Source of the DNA: Eledone cirrhosa
Taxonomy: Eukaryota
DNA length: 64,000 nt
Assembly (NCBI GenBank): GCA_964016885.1
Contig: OZ024752.1
Coordinates: forward strand, 36,890,001-36,954,000
Direction of reading: 5' to 3'
Part shown: positions 52,096 to 64,000 of the stretch, one piece after another
Layout: every line of letters starts with the position of its first letter
Numbering within the stretch: position 1 is the stretch's first letter
Notes under the pieces: model-generated
Databases searched by the model: none
Seen by the model: only the letters and a program-made list of their open reading frames with translations
Told to the model about the DNA's origin: nothing
Program-made: the position numbers and the translations under genes

Positions 52096-52818
52096 CAGGG
52101 TGCTTCAAAATATTAGATATCATTTGAGAGGTAAATATCCCAGAAAGTCTAAAACAGGGGGTGCCACGGGCAGCCCACAAGCCACAATCCAGCCTGCTAG
52201 ACCAGTAAGAGTGATCCGCGATGGCCATTTTTAATTTTTACCTTGCAGGCTTATTTAGAATTTTTTCGTAACTGAAATACAATTTTCTGTTAGTTGATCA
52301 ATCCTAAAGGGCTTCATTGATAGGGTTATGTGTGTTATTATTTCCAAGTTTCATTGCCAAGGTGGTGGATTGGCAGTATCGGTAGAGGGTCGGACGCCAT
52401 GCTTTGACGCAAAGCGTTACGGCCCTTTCCATTCTGAGTTCAAATCCCGCCGAGGTTAACTTTGCCTTTCATCCTTACGGGGTCGATAAAATAAAGTACC
52501 AGTAATACACTGGGTAATTGCTGGCCTTGTGCCAAAAGTAGAAACAATTATTTCCTAGTTTCATGTTATGGAAAGAAGTTGTGGTTTTCATTAGATTAAA
52601 TATTTTTGACAGTGACTGGCCCTAATAGTTGTACCAATGTTCAAAAGTGGCTCATCAATGGAATATGTTGCACACCCCTGCTCTAAGACAACAAGACTGA
52701 ACAGGCTTAAGGTTTATTCCTCAAAATTTGTCAACATTATAACACTAATTAACAATATATATTTTAATGTGACAACTTCAAGAACAGGCAATGATATGTG
52801 ATTTTTTGAAACATCCTG
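52096..52818. mobile_element. Tc1/mariner-type MITE with nested SINE
   Basis: TA|CAGGGTGCTTCAAAA...TTTTGAAACATCCTG|TA. The SINE at 52360-52550 has TSD ttatttcc(a/t)agtttcat. Confidence 0.65.
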
Positions 52819-53208
52819 TATATGAGTGGAGACACATGGCCTAGTGGTAAGAGTGTTGAACTTACGATTTTAATGTTGTGGGTTCAATTCCTAGACTGGT
52901 GTGTTTGTTGTGTTCTTGAGCAAAACACTTTATTTCATGTTGCTCCAGTATACTCAGTTGAAAAAGAGTTCCAGTAATAGATAGGGGTTTAACTCTGCAA
53001 AGGACTGGCCTCATACCCAGGTAGAAGTCATCTACTCTCAATCGCTTCACACTATGAAGCTGGGGATAAGTACCGGTATGACGAGCATCTTAGCTTGAGA
53101 CACACTCTAGACTAGACTACACTGTATATAAGTTAACAATATCAATTTAATATCAATTTAAAATGACGATATCAATTTAATTAATGATAAAAAACAATTT
53201 ATTTCCAG

Positions 53209-53263
53209 AAAAAAATTGAAGATAGGGAAATTTGGCATTTCCTTGTTGTTAAACCAGAACGAG
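53209..53263 (+). CDS. Gene 2 exon (KKIEDREIWHFLVVKPER), the last exon found in the window
   Basis: Acceptor atttatttccag|, phase 0 entry, donor CGAG|GTTTGT (weak, phase 1). Read-through gives GGT TTG TAA. Confidence 0.62.
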
Positions 53264-53362
53264 GTTTGTAATTTTATATTCATGGCTTTTTTTCTTCATG
53301 ATTGGGGTTTTTTGCAACTGTTTAATGATTATTTTCCAAGCTTACACTAGTTAGACTGGTGT

Positions 53363-56300
53363 ACAGGTGAGGTGAACATAGCGTACATGGGTTAGACAGG
53401 TGAGGTGAACATAGCGTACATGGGTTAGACAGGTGAGGTGAACATAGATTACATGGGTTAGACAGGTGAGGTGAACATAGCTTACATAGGTTAGACAGGT
53501 GAGGTGAACATAGCTTACATGGGTTAGACAGGTGAGGTGAACATAGCTTACATGGGTTAGACAGGTGAGGTGAACATAGCGTACATAGATTAGACAGGTG
53601 AGGTGAACATAGCTTACATGGGTTAGACAGGTGAGGTGAACATAGCGTACATGGGTTAGACAGGTGAGGTGAACATAGCTTACATAGGTTAGACAGGTGA
53701 GGTGAACATAGTTTACATGGGTTAGACAGGTGAGGTGAACATAGCTTACATAGGTTAGACAGGTGAGGTAAACATAGCTTACATAGGTTACACAGGTGAG
53801 GTGAACATAGTTTACATGGGTTAGACAGGTGAGGTGAACATAGCTTACATAGGTTAGACAGGTGTGGTGAACATAGCTTACATAGGTTAGACAGGTGAGG
53901 TGAACATAGCTTACATGGGTTAGACAGGTGAGGTGAACATAGTTTACATGGGTTAGACAGGTGAGGTGAACATAGCTTACATAGGTTAGACAGGTGAAAT
54001 GAACATAGCTTACATAGGTTAGACAGGTGAGGTGAACATAGCTTACATAGGTTAGACAGGTGAGGTGAACATAGCTTACATAGATTAGACAGGTGAGGTG
54101 AACATAGCTTACATGGGTTAGACAGGTGAGGTGAACATAGCTTACATAGGTTAGACAGGTGAGGTGAACATAGTTTACATGGGTTAGACAGGTGAGGTGA
54201 ACATAGCTTACATAGGTTAGACAGGTGAGGTGAACATAGCTTACATGGGTTAGACAGGTGAGGTGAACATAGCTTACATAGGTTAGACAGGTGAAATGAA
54301 CATAGCTTACATAGGTTAGACAGGTGAGGTGAACATAGCTTACATAGGTTAGACAGGTGAGGTGAACATAGCTTACATAGATTAGACAGGTGAGGTGAAC
54401 ATAGCTTACATGGGTTAGACAGGTGAGGTGAACATAGCTTACATAGGTTAGACAGGTGAGGTGAACATAGCTTACATAGGTTAGACAGGTGAGGTGAACA
54501 TAGCTTACATGGGTTAGACAGGTGAGGTGAACATAGCTTACATAGGTTAGACAGGTGAGGTGAACATAGCTTACATAGGTTAGACAGGTGAGGTGAACAT
54601 AGCTTACATGGGTTAGACAGGTGAGGTGAACATAGCTTACATAGGTTAGACAGGTGAGGTGAACATAGCTTACATAGATTAGACAGGTGAGCTGAACATA
54701 GCTTACATGGGTTAGACAGGTGAGGTGAACATAGCTTACATAGGTTAGACAGGTGAGGTGAACATAGCTTACATAGATTAGACAGGTGAAGTGAACATAG
54801 CTTACATAGATTAGACAGGTGAGCTGAACATAGCTTACATGGGTTAGACAGGTGAGGTGAACATAGCTTACATAGGTTAGACAGGTGAGGTGAACATAGC
54901 TTACATAGGTTAGACAGGTGAGGTGAACATAGCTTACATGGGTTAGACAGGTGAGGTGAACATAGCTTACATAGGTTAGACAGGTGAGGTGGACATAGCT
55001 TACATAGGTTAGACAGGTGAGGTGAACATAGCTTACATGGGTTAGACAGGTGAGGTGAACATAGCTTACATAGATTAGACAGGTGAAGTGAACATAGCTT
55101 ACATAGATTAGACAGGTGAGGTGAACATATCTTACATAGGTTAGACAGGTGAGGTGAACATAGCTTACATAGGTTAGACAGGTGAGGTGAACATAGCTTA
55201 CATAGGTTAGACAGGTGAGGTGAACATAGCTTACATGGGTTAGACAGGTGAGGTGAACATAGCTTACATAGGTTAGACAGGTGAGGTGAACATAGCTTAC
55301 ATGGGTTAGACAGGTGAGGTGAACATAGCTTACATAGGTTAGACAGGTGAGATGAACATAGCTTACATGGGTTAGACAGGGGAGGTGAACATAGCTTACA
55401 TGGGTTAGACAGGTGAGGTGAACATAGCTTACATGGGTTAGACAGGTGAGGTGAACATAGCTTACATGGGTTAGACAGGTGAGGTGAACATAGCTTACAT
55501 GGGTTAGACAGGTGAGGTGAACATAGCTTACATGGGTTAGACAGGTGAGGTGAACATAGCTTACATAGGTTAGACAGGTGAGGTGAACATAGATTACATG
55601 GGTTAGACAGGTGAGGTGAACATAGCTTACATGGGTTAGACAGGTGAGGTGAACATAGTTTACATGGGTTAGACAGGTGAGGTGAACATAGCTTACATGG
55701 GTTAGACAGGTGAGGTGAACATAGACAGGTGAGGTGAACAAAGCTTACATAGATTAGACAGGTGAGGTGAACATAGCTTACATAGATTAGACAGGTGAGG
55801 TGAACATAGCTTACATAGGTTAGACAGGTGAGGTGAACATAGACAGGTGAGGTGAACATAGCTTACATAGATTAGACAGGTGAGGTGAACATAGCTTACA
55901 TATGTTAGACAGGTGAGGTGAACATAGACAGGTGAGGTGAACATAGCTTACATAGATTAGACAGGTGAGGGGAACATAGCTTACATAGATTAGACAGGTG
56001 AGGTGAACATAGCTTACATAGGTTAGACAGGTGAGGTGAACATAGCTTACATAGGTTAGACAGGTGAGGTGAACATAGCTTACATAAGTTAGACAGGTGA
56101 GGTGAACATAGCTTACATAGGTTAGACAGGTGGATAGGTGAGGTGAACATAGCTTACATAGGTTAGACAGGTGAGGTGAACATAGCTTACATGGGTTAGA
56201 CAGGTGAGGTGAACATAGCGTACATGGGTAAGACAGGTGAGGTGAACATAGCTTACATAGGTTAGACAGGTGAGGTGAACATAGTTTACATGGGTTAGAC

Positions 56301-59300
56301 AGGTGAGGTGAACATAGCTTACATAGGTTAGACAGGTGAGGTGAACATAGCTTACATAGGTTAGACAGGTGAGGTGAACATAGTTTACATGGGTTAGACA
56401 GGTGAGGTGAACATAGCTTACATAGGTTAGACAGGTGTGGTGAACATAGCTTACATAGGTTAGACAGGTGAGGTGAACATAGCTTACATGGGTTAGACAG
56501 GTGAGGTGAACATAGTTTACATGGGTTAGACAGGTGAGGTGAACATAGCTTACATAGGTTAGACAGGTGAAATGAACATAGCTTACATAGGTTAGACAGG
56601 TGAGGTGAACATAGCTTACATAGGTTAGACAGGTGAGGTGAACATAGCTTACATAGATTAGACAGGTGAGGTGAACATAGCTTACATGGGTTAGACAGGT
56701 GAGGTGAACATAGCTTACATAGGTTAGACAGGTGAGGTGAACATAGTTTACATGGGTTAGACAGGTGAGGTGAACATAGCTTACATAGGTTAGACAGGTG
56801 AGGTGAACATAGCTTACATAGATTAGACAGGTGAGGTGAACATAGCTTACATAGGTTAGACAGGTGAGGTGAACATAGCTTACATAGGTTAGACAGGTGA
56901 GGTGAACATAGCTTACATAGATTAGACAGGTGAGGTGAACATAGCTTACATGGGTTAGACAGGTGAAGTGAACATAGCTTACATAGGTTAGACAGGTGAG
57001 GTGAACATAGCTTACATAGGTTAGACAGGTGAGGTGAACATAGCTTACATGGGTTAGACAGGTGAGGTGAACATAGCTTACATAGGTTAGACAGGTGAGG
57101 TGAACATAGCTTACATAGGTTAGACAGGTGAGGTGAACATAGCTTACATGGGTTAGACAGGTGAGGTGAACATAGATTACGTGGGTTAGACAGGTGAGGT
57201 GAACATAGCTTACATGGGTTAGACAGGTGAGGTGAACATAGCTTACATAGGTTAGACAGGTGAGGTGGACATAGCTTACATAGGTTAGACAGGTGAGGTG
57301 AACATAGCTTACATGGGTTAGACAGGTGAGGTGAACATAGATTACGTGGGTTAGACAGGTGAGGTGAACATAGCTTACATGGGTTAGACAGGTGAGGTGA
57401 ACATAGCTTACATGGGTTAGACAGGTGAGGTGAACATAGCTTACATGGGTTAGACAGGTGAGGTGAACATAGCTTACATGGGTTAGACAGGTGAGGTGAA
57501 CATAGCTTACATGGGTTAGACAGGTGAGGTGAACATAGCTTACATAGGTTAGACAGGTGAGGTGAACATAGATTACATGGGTTAGCCAGGTGAGGTGAAC
57601 ATAGCTTACATGGGTTAGACAGGTGAGGTGAACATAGACAGGTGAGGTGAACAAAGCTTACATAGATTAGACAGGTGAGGTGAACATAGCTTGCATAGAT
57701 TAGACAGGTGAGGTGAACATAGCTTACATAGGTTAGACAGGTGAGGTGAACATAGACAGGTGAGGTGAACATAGCTTACATAGATTAGACAGGTGAGGTG
57801 AACATAGCTTACATAGATTAGACAGGTGAGGTGAACATAGCTTACATAGGTTAGACAGGTGAGGTGAACATAGCTTACATGGGTTAGACAGGTGAGGTGA
57901 ACATAGCGTACATGGGTTAGACAGGTGAGGTGAACATAGCTTACATAGGTTAGACAGGTGAGGTGAACATAGTTTACATGGGTTAGACAGGTGAGGTGAA
58001 CATAGCTTACATAGGTTAGACAGGTGAGGTGAACATAGCTTACATAGGTTAGACAGGTGAGGTGAACATAGTTTACATGGGTTAGACAGGTGAGGTGAAC
58101 ATAGCTTACATAGGTTAGACAGGTGTGGTAAACATAGCTTACATAGGTTAGACAGGTGAGGTGAACATAGCTTACATGGGTTAGACAGGTGAGGTGAACA
58201 TAGTTTACATGGGTTAGACAGGTGAGGTGAACATAGCTTACATAGGTTAGACAGGTGAAATGAACATAGCTTACATAGGTTAGACAGGTGAGGTGAACAT
58301 AGCTTACATAGGTTAGACAGGTGAGGTGAACATAGCTTACATAGATTAGACAGGTGAGGTGAACATAGCTTACATGGGTTAGACAGGTGAGGTGAACATA
58401 GCTTACATAGGTTAGACAGGTGAGGTGAACATAGTTTACATGGGTTAGACAGGTGAGGTGAACATAGCTTACATAGGTTAGACAGGTGAGGTGAACATAG
58501 CTTACATGGGTTAGACAGGTGAGGTGAACATAGCTTACATAGGTTAGACAGGTGAAATGAACATAGCTTACATAGGTTAGACAGGTGAGGTGAACATAGC
58601 TTACATAGGTTAGACAGGTGAGGTGAACATAGCTTACATAGATTAGACAGGTGAGGTGAACATAGCTTACATGGGTTAGACAGGTGAGGTGAACATAGCT
58701 TACATAGGTTAGACAGGTGTGGTGAACATAGCTTACATAGGTTAGACAGGTGAGGTGAACATAGCTTACATGGGTTAGACAGGTGAGGTGAACATAGTTT
58801 ACATGGGTTAGACAGGTGAGGTGAACATAGCTTACATAGGTTAGACAGGTGAAATGAACATAGCTTACATAGGTTAGACAGGTGAGGTGAACATAGCTTA
58901 CATAGGTTAGACAGGTGAGGTGAACATAGCTTACATAGATTAGACAGGTGAGGTGAACATAGCTTACATGGGTTAGACAGGTGAGGTGAACATAGCTTAC
59001 ATAGGTTAGACAGGTGAAATGAACATAGCTTACATAGGTTAGACAGGTGAGGTGAACATAGCTTACATAGGTTAGACAGGTGAGGTGAACATAGCTTACA
59101 TAGATTAGACAGGTGAGGTGAACATAGCTTACATGGGTTAGACAGGTGAAGTGAACATAGCTTACATAGGTTAGACAGGTGAGGTGAACATAGCTTACAT
59201 AGGTTAGACAGGTGAGGTGAACATAGCTTACATGGGTTAGACAGGTGAGGTGAACATAGCTTACATAGGTTAGACAGGTGAGGTGAACATAGCTTACATA

Positions 59301-61520
59301 GGTTAGACAGGTGAGGTGAACATAGCTTACATGGGTTAGACAGGTGAGGTGAACATAGCTTACATAGGTTAGACAGGTGAGGTGAACATAGCTTACATAG
59401 GTTAGACAGGTGAGGTGAACATAGTTTACATGGGTTAGACAGGTGAGGTGAACATAGCTTACATAGGTTAGACAGGTGAGGTGAACATAGCTTACATGGG
59501 TTAGACAGGTGAGGTGAACATAGCTTACATAGGTTAGACAGGTGAAATGAACATAGCTTACATAGGTTAGACAGGTGAGGTGAACATAGCTTACATAGGT
59601 TAGACAGGTGAGGTGAACATAGCTTACATAGATTAGACAGGTGATGTGAACATAGCTTACATGGGTTAGACAGGTGAAGTGAACATAGCTTACATAGGTT
59701 AGACAGGTGAGGTGAACATAGCTTACATAGGTTAGACAGGTGAGGTGAACATAGCTTACATGGGTTAGACAGGTGAGGTGAACATAGCTTACATAGGTTA
59801 GACAGGTGAGGTGAACATAGCTTACATAGGTTAGACAGGTGAGGTGAACATAGCTTACATGGGTTAGACAGGTGAGGTGAACATAGCTTACATAGGTTAG
59901 ACAGGTGAGGTGGACATAGCTTACATAGGTTAGACAGGTGAGGTGAACATAGCTTACATGGGTTAGACAGGTGAGGTGAACATAGCTTACATAGATTAGA
60001 CAGGTGAAGTGAACATAGCTTACATAGATTAGACAGGTGAGGTGAACATAGCTTACATAGGTTAGACAGGTGAGGTGAACATAGCTTACATAGGTTAGAC
60101 AGGTTAGGTGAACATAGCTTACATAGGTTAGACAGGTGAGGTGAACATAGCTTACATGGGTTAGACAGGTGAGGTGAACATAGCTTACATAGGTTAGACA
60201 GGTGGATAGGTGAGGTGAACATAGCGTACATGGGTTAGACAGGTGAGGTGAACATAGCGTACATGGGTTAGACAGGTGAGGTGAACATAGATTACGTGGG
60301 TTAGACAGGTGAGGTGAACATAGCTTACATGGGTTAGACAGGTGAGGTGAACATAGCTTACATAGGTTAGACAGGTGAGGTGGACATAGCTTACATAGGT
60401 TAGACAGGTGAGGTGAACATAGCTTACATGGGTTAGACAGGTGAGGTGAACATAGCTTACATAGATTAGACAGGTGAAGTGAACATAGCTTACATAGATT
60501 AGACAGGTGAGGTGAACATAGCTTACATAGGTTAGACAGGTGAGGTGAACATAGCTTACATAGGTTAGACAGGTGAGGTGAACATAGCTTACATAGGTTA
60601 GACAGGTGAGGTGAACATAGCTTACATGGGTTAGACAGGTGAGGTGAACATAGCTTACATAGGTTAGACAGGTGAGGTGAACATAGCTTACATGGGTTAG
60701 ACAGGTGAGGTGAACATAGCTTACATAGGTTAGACAGGTGAGGTGAACATAGCTTACATGGGTTAGACAGGGGAGGTGAACATAGCTTACATGGGTTAGA
60801 CAGGTGAGGTGAACATAGCTTACATGGGTTAGACAGGTGAGGTGAACATAGCTTACATGGGTTAGACAGGTGAGGTGAACATAGCTTACATGGGTTAGAC
60901 AGGTGAGGTGAACATAGCTTACATGGGTTTGACAGGTGAGGTGAACATAGCTTACATAGGTTAGACAGGTGAGGTGAACATAGATTACATGGGTTAGACA
61001 GGTGAGGTGAACATAGCTTACATGGGTTAGACAGGTGAGGTGAACATAGCTTACATAGGTTAGACAGGTGAGGTGAACATAGCTTACATAGATTAGACAG
61101 GTGAGGTGAACATAGCTTACATAGGTTAGACAGGTGAGGTGAACATAGCTTACATAGGTTAGACAGGTGAGGTGAACATAGACAGGTGAGGTGAACATAG
61201 CTTACATAGATTAGACAGGTGAGGTGAACATAGCTTACATAGATTAGACAGGTGAGGTGAACATAGCTTACATAGGTTAGACAGGTGAGGTGAACATAGA
61301 CAGGTGAGGTGAACATAGCTTACATAGATTAGACAGGTGAGGGGAACATAGCTTACATAGATTAGACAGGTGAGGTGAACATAGCTTACATAGGTTAGAC
61401 AGGTGAGGTGAACATAGCTTACATAGGTTAGACAGGTGAGGTGAACATAGCTTACATAGGTTAGACAGGTGAGGTGAATATAGCTTACATAGGTTAGACA
61501 GGTGGATAGGTGAGGTGAGC
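53363..61520. repeat. 33-bp satellite, about 245 copies, with higher-order block structure
   Basis: Unit TTAGACAGGTGAGGTGAACATAGCTTACAT(A/G)GG. 19-bp deletion units near 55721, 55841, 55925, 57635, 57753, 61180 and 61297. ggtggatagg variant at about 56130, 60201 and 61501. Confidence 0.98.
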
Positions 61521-61697
61521 ACAGTTTCATTTGGTTAAAATCATTGACCGATGATTTTATGTTAACTGTATGAAACAGTGCTACTCCTGTAGGAGTAATT
61601 TACATCTGGAATTAATTATACACTCTCTCTAATGTAGTGAAAACCTTATCTAACTAGTTTTTTTTATGTTGCTTTATGGAGACCCCCCCTCTCTCTC

Positions 61698-61728
<31 letters not shown>

Positions 61729-61745
61729 ATATTTATATATATATT

Positions 61746-61818
<73 letters not shown>

Positions 61819-61819
61819 T

Positions 61820-61852
<33 letters not shown>

Positions 61853-61883
61853 TTATAAATATATATATATTTATATATATATT

Positions 61884-61944
<61 letters not shown>

Positions 61945-61945
61945 G

Positions 61946-61982
<37 letters not shown>

Positions 61983-62125
61983 GAATATATATATGTGTAT
62001 ATATATATGTATATATATATATATGTGTATATATATATGTATATATATATATATGTGTATATATATATGTATATATATATATGTATATTCAAGTCTATAT
62101 ATATATATATATGTATATATATATG

Positions 62126-62157
<32 letters not shown>

Positions 62158-62478
62158 TATACATATATATAAATAGGAGAAAGTCTGACACCGACGACAG
62201 AACTCAAGCCGTTTCGACGGCTATTTCAGTTCAGAAATAGCCGTCGAAACGCCTTGAGCTTTGCCGTCTGGGTCATACTTTCTCCTATTACCCACTCTGC
62301 TATCCTAAGTATTGAGTACTCTGGTGCGTTATGGTCCATCTGGTTCCTTACCATAACTCCTTCGTTATATATATATATATACATATATATATACACACAC
62401 ACACATATCTATATATATACGTATCATCATCATCATTATCATCATTTTACGTCCGCTTTTCCCTGCTTGAAAGGGTGG

Positions 62479-62522
<44 letters not shown>

Positions 62523-62547
62523 ATATATATATATATATATATACATA

Positions 62548-63070
62548 ATGTCAGGTCACCACTTGGTGCTACTGGTAACATGTATCCCAGTACAACCTGT
62601 CTCATGGTCGGGTCGTTGGCGACTAAACTGGCAACCCCACCAAGGTTTCTTGGTGAGGAGGGTGACTTTGGACATCCTGCAGGACTAAAAACAAAACCTG
62701 TCAAAGGGCAAAGGACCTCTTAAGAGTCAATGGCCATTCAAAATCACCGGGAGAGATGACCCCTTAGCCTTTGTCAAGGCAGAATTCTAGGAGAAGGAAA
62801 ACTCTGATATAACACCTGCAACCCTGATGGTATCCAATGATGTTGACTTGTTCTTCTTTTTGGTAAATATCATCTTGGTTAAGAGAGTGGGACTGGCTTT
62901 GTGCAGTGCTTTTGCTCACTATAAAAGCTTCACGGCACAGGCATTGCTTTATATCTGGAGATCTCTCTGCACTTGTCATCACATGGTACCATGGGCCCAG
63001 CACTGTGTGTCAGTAATTGTCACAGGTGTAGTGTTTGTACCAGAATTTTCAAGTCGCTGGCTGGACTAAA
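62548..63070 (+). mobile_element. Probable 5' region of a LINE (degenerate) containing an HDV-like fold candidate
   Basis: GC-richer island between microsatellite and an RTE tail, homologous to the repeats at 35590-35862. Confidence 0.35.
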
Positions 63071-63904
63071 AAGTCACACTCGTTCAGCGCATTGGTAGGG
63101 GTTCTCCTACATGGATATAAAGTAGTGGCCGTACTCGAAAACAAGTTGGCAGCCACCATATATACATAAAAATAGACGGTAGCCATGGAGTAGGCAGACC
63201 CAGAAAAACCTAGCACGACTTGATAAATTCCGACCTCACACACTTACACCTCTCCAAGACAATGTCACTGGACCGAGATCTTTGGCGCTACACAGTAATT
63301 CAGAAGACCCGCCTTACCTAAGTACAAAGTGAAACCTACTACAGTCAGTAGGCACCTCTAACAAAATACACCCCCGTCCCACTACCCCCACCCCATCCAC
63401 ACCACCCTTTCAATGTAAAGTTATGTTGGTACCACAACATCCAGTCCGAAACAAATGAGGTCGTGTAGGTGTCACGACAAAAAAACACACAGTCAAACGC
63501 TGTAATGTGGCCGTGTAGGTAACATGGTAAAAACCTCCCAGTTCCACACTGTAAACGTGGTTGGTGTTAGGAAGGGCATCCAGCTGTAGAAAACCCGCCA
63601 GACAGTCCTATACGAGCAAGACAACCACTCTTGCCTCAAGTGGGAAAACTCCCGTCCAAACCCATGCAAGCGTGGAATATGGACGTTAAACGATGATGAT
63701 GATGATGATGATGATATATATATATGCATATATATGCATATATATATATACACATATATATACATATATACATATATGTATACATATATATATACATATA
63801 TATATACATATACATTATATATATACATATATATACACATATATATATACATATATATATATACATATATATATACATATATACATATATATAAATATAT
63901 ATAC

Positions 63905-63963
<59 letters not shown>

Positions 63964-64000
63964 CATATATATATGTCTATACATACATATATATATATAT

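Noticed and set aside
53363-61520. CRISPR-like appearance of the 33-bp repeat (also considered for the 44-, 62-, 143- and 277-bp arrays)
   Set aside because: Units are head-to-tail with no unique spacers, there are no cas genes, and the context is eukaryotic.
53322-61530. Huge minus-strand ORFs with CKLCSPHLSN (CxxC/H) and YVSYVHLTCLT repeats, resembling a metal-binding repeat protein
   Set aside because: They result from a 33-bp (3n) unit lacking stops in two frames. The 19-bp deletion units shift frames freely, there are no unique flanking domains, and the array lies antisense within an intron.

Overview
AT-rich, microsatellite- and retroposon-dense eukaryotic DNA. The repeat complement (RTE LINEs with (GAT)n tails, tRNA/CORE SINEs, (TA)n tracts) suggests an octopod cephalopod (inference). 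Two + strand host genes were assembled by hand. (1) A complete 4-exon MRM3/RNMTL1 mitochondrial rRNA SPOUT methyltransferase (3167-13401, 422 aa). (2) An unrecognised gene that the ORF track largely misses (36383 to at least 53263): a signal-peptide exon, two phase-symmetric microexons of 15 and 18 nt that appear to be duplicates of one another, and five further phase-compatible exons encoding a Cys-rich, N-glycosylation-site-rich protein. The rest is mobile DNA: a near-full-length RTE LINE, truncated RTEs, partner SINEs, Penelope-like (PLE) remnants forming palindromes in (TA)n, some with complete type I hammerhead ribozyme folds, a CRE-clade fragment, hAT/Tc1-mariner/piggyBac-type MITEs, and several minisatellites that arose inside these elements. 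An 8.2 kb 33-bp satellite in an intron of gene 2 repeats a near-consensus 5' splice site in almost every unit. All coordinates were read by eye and no database search was run.
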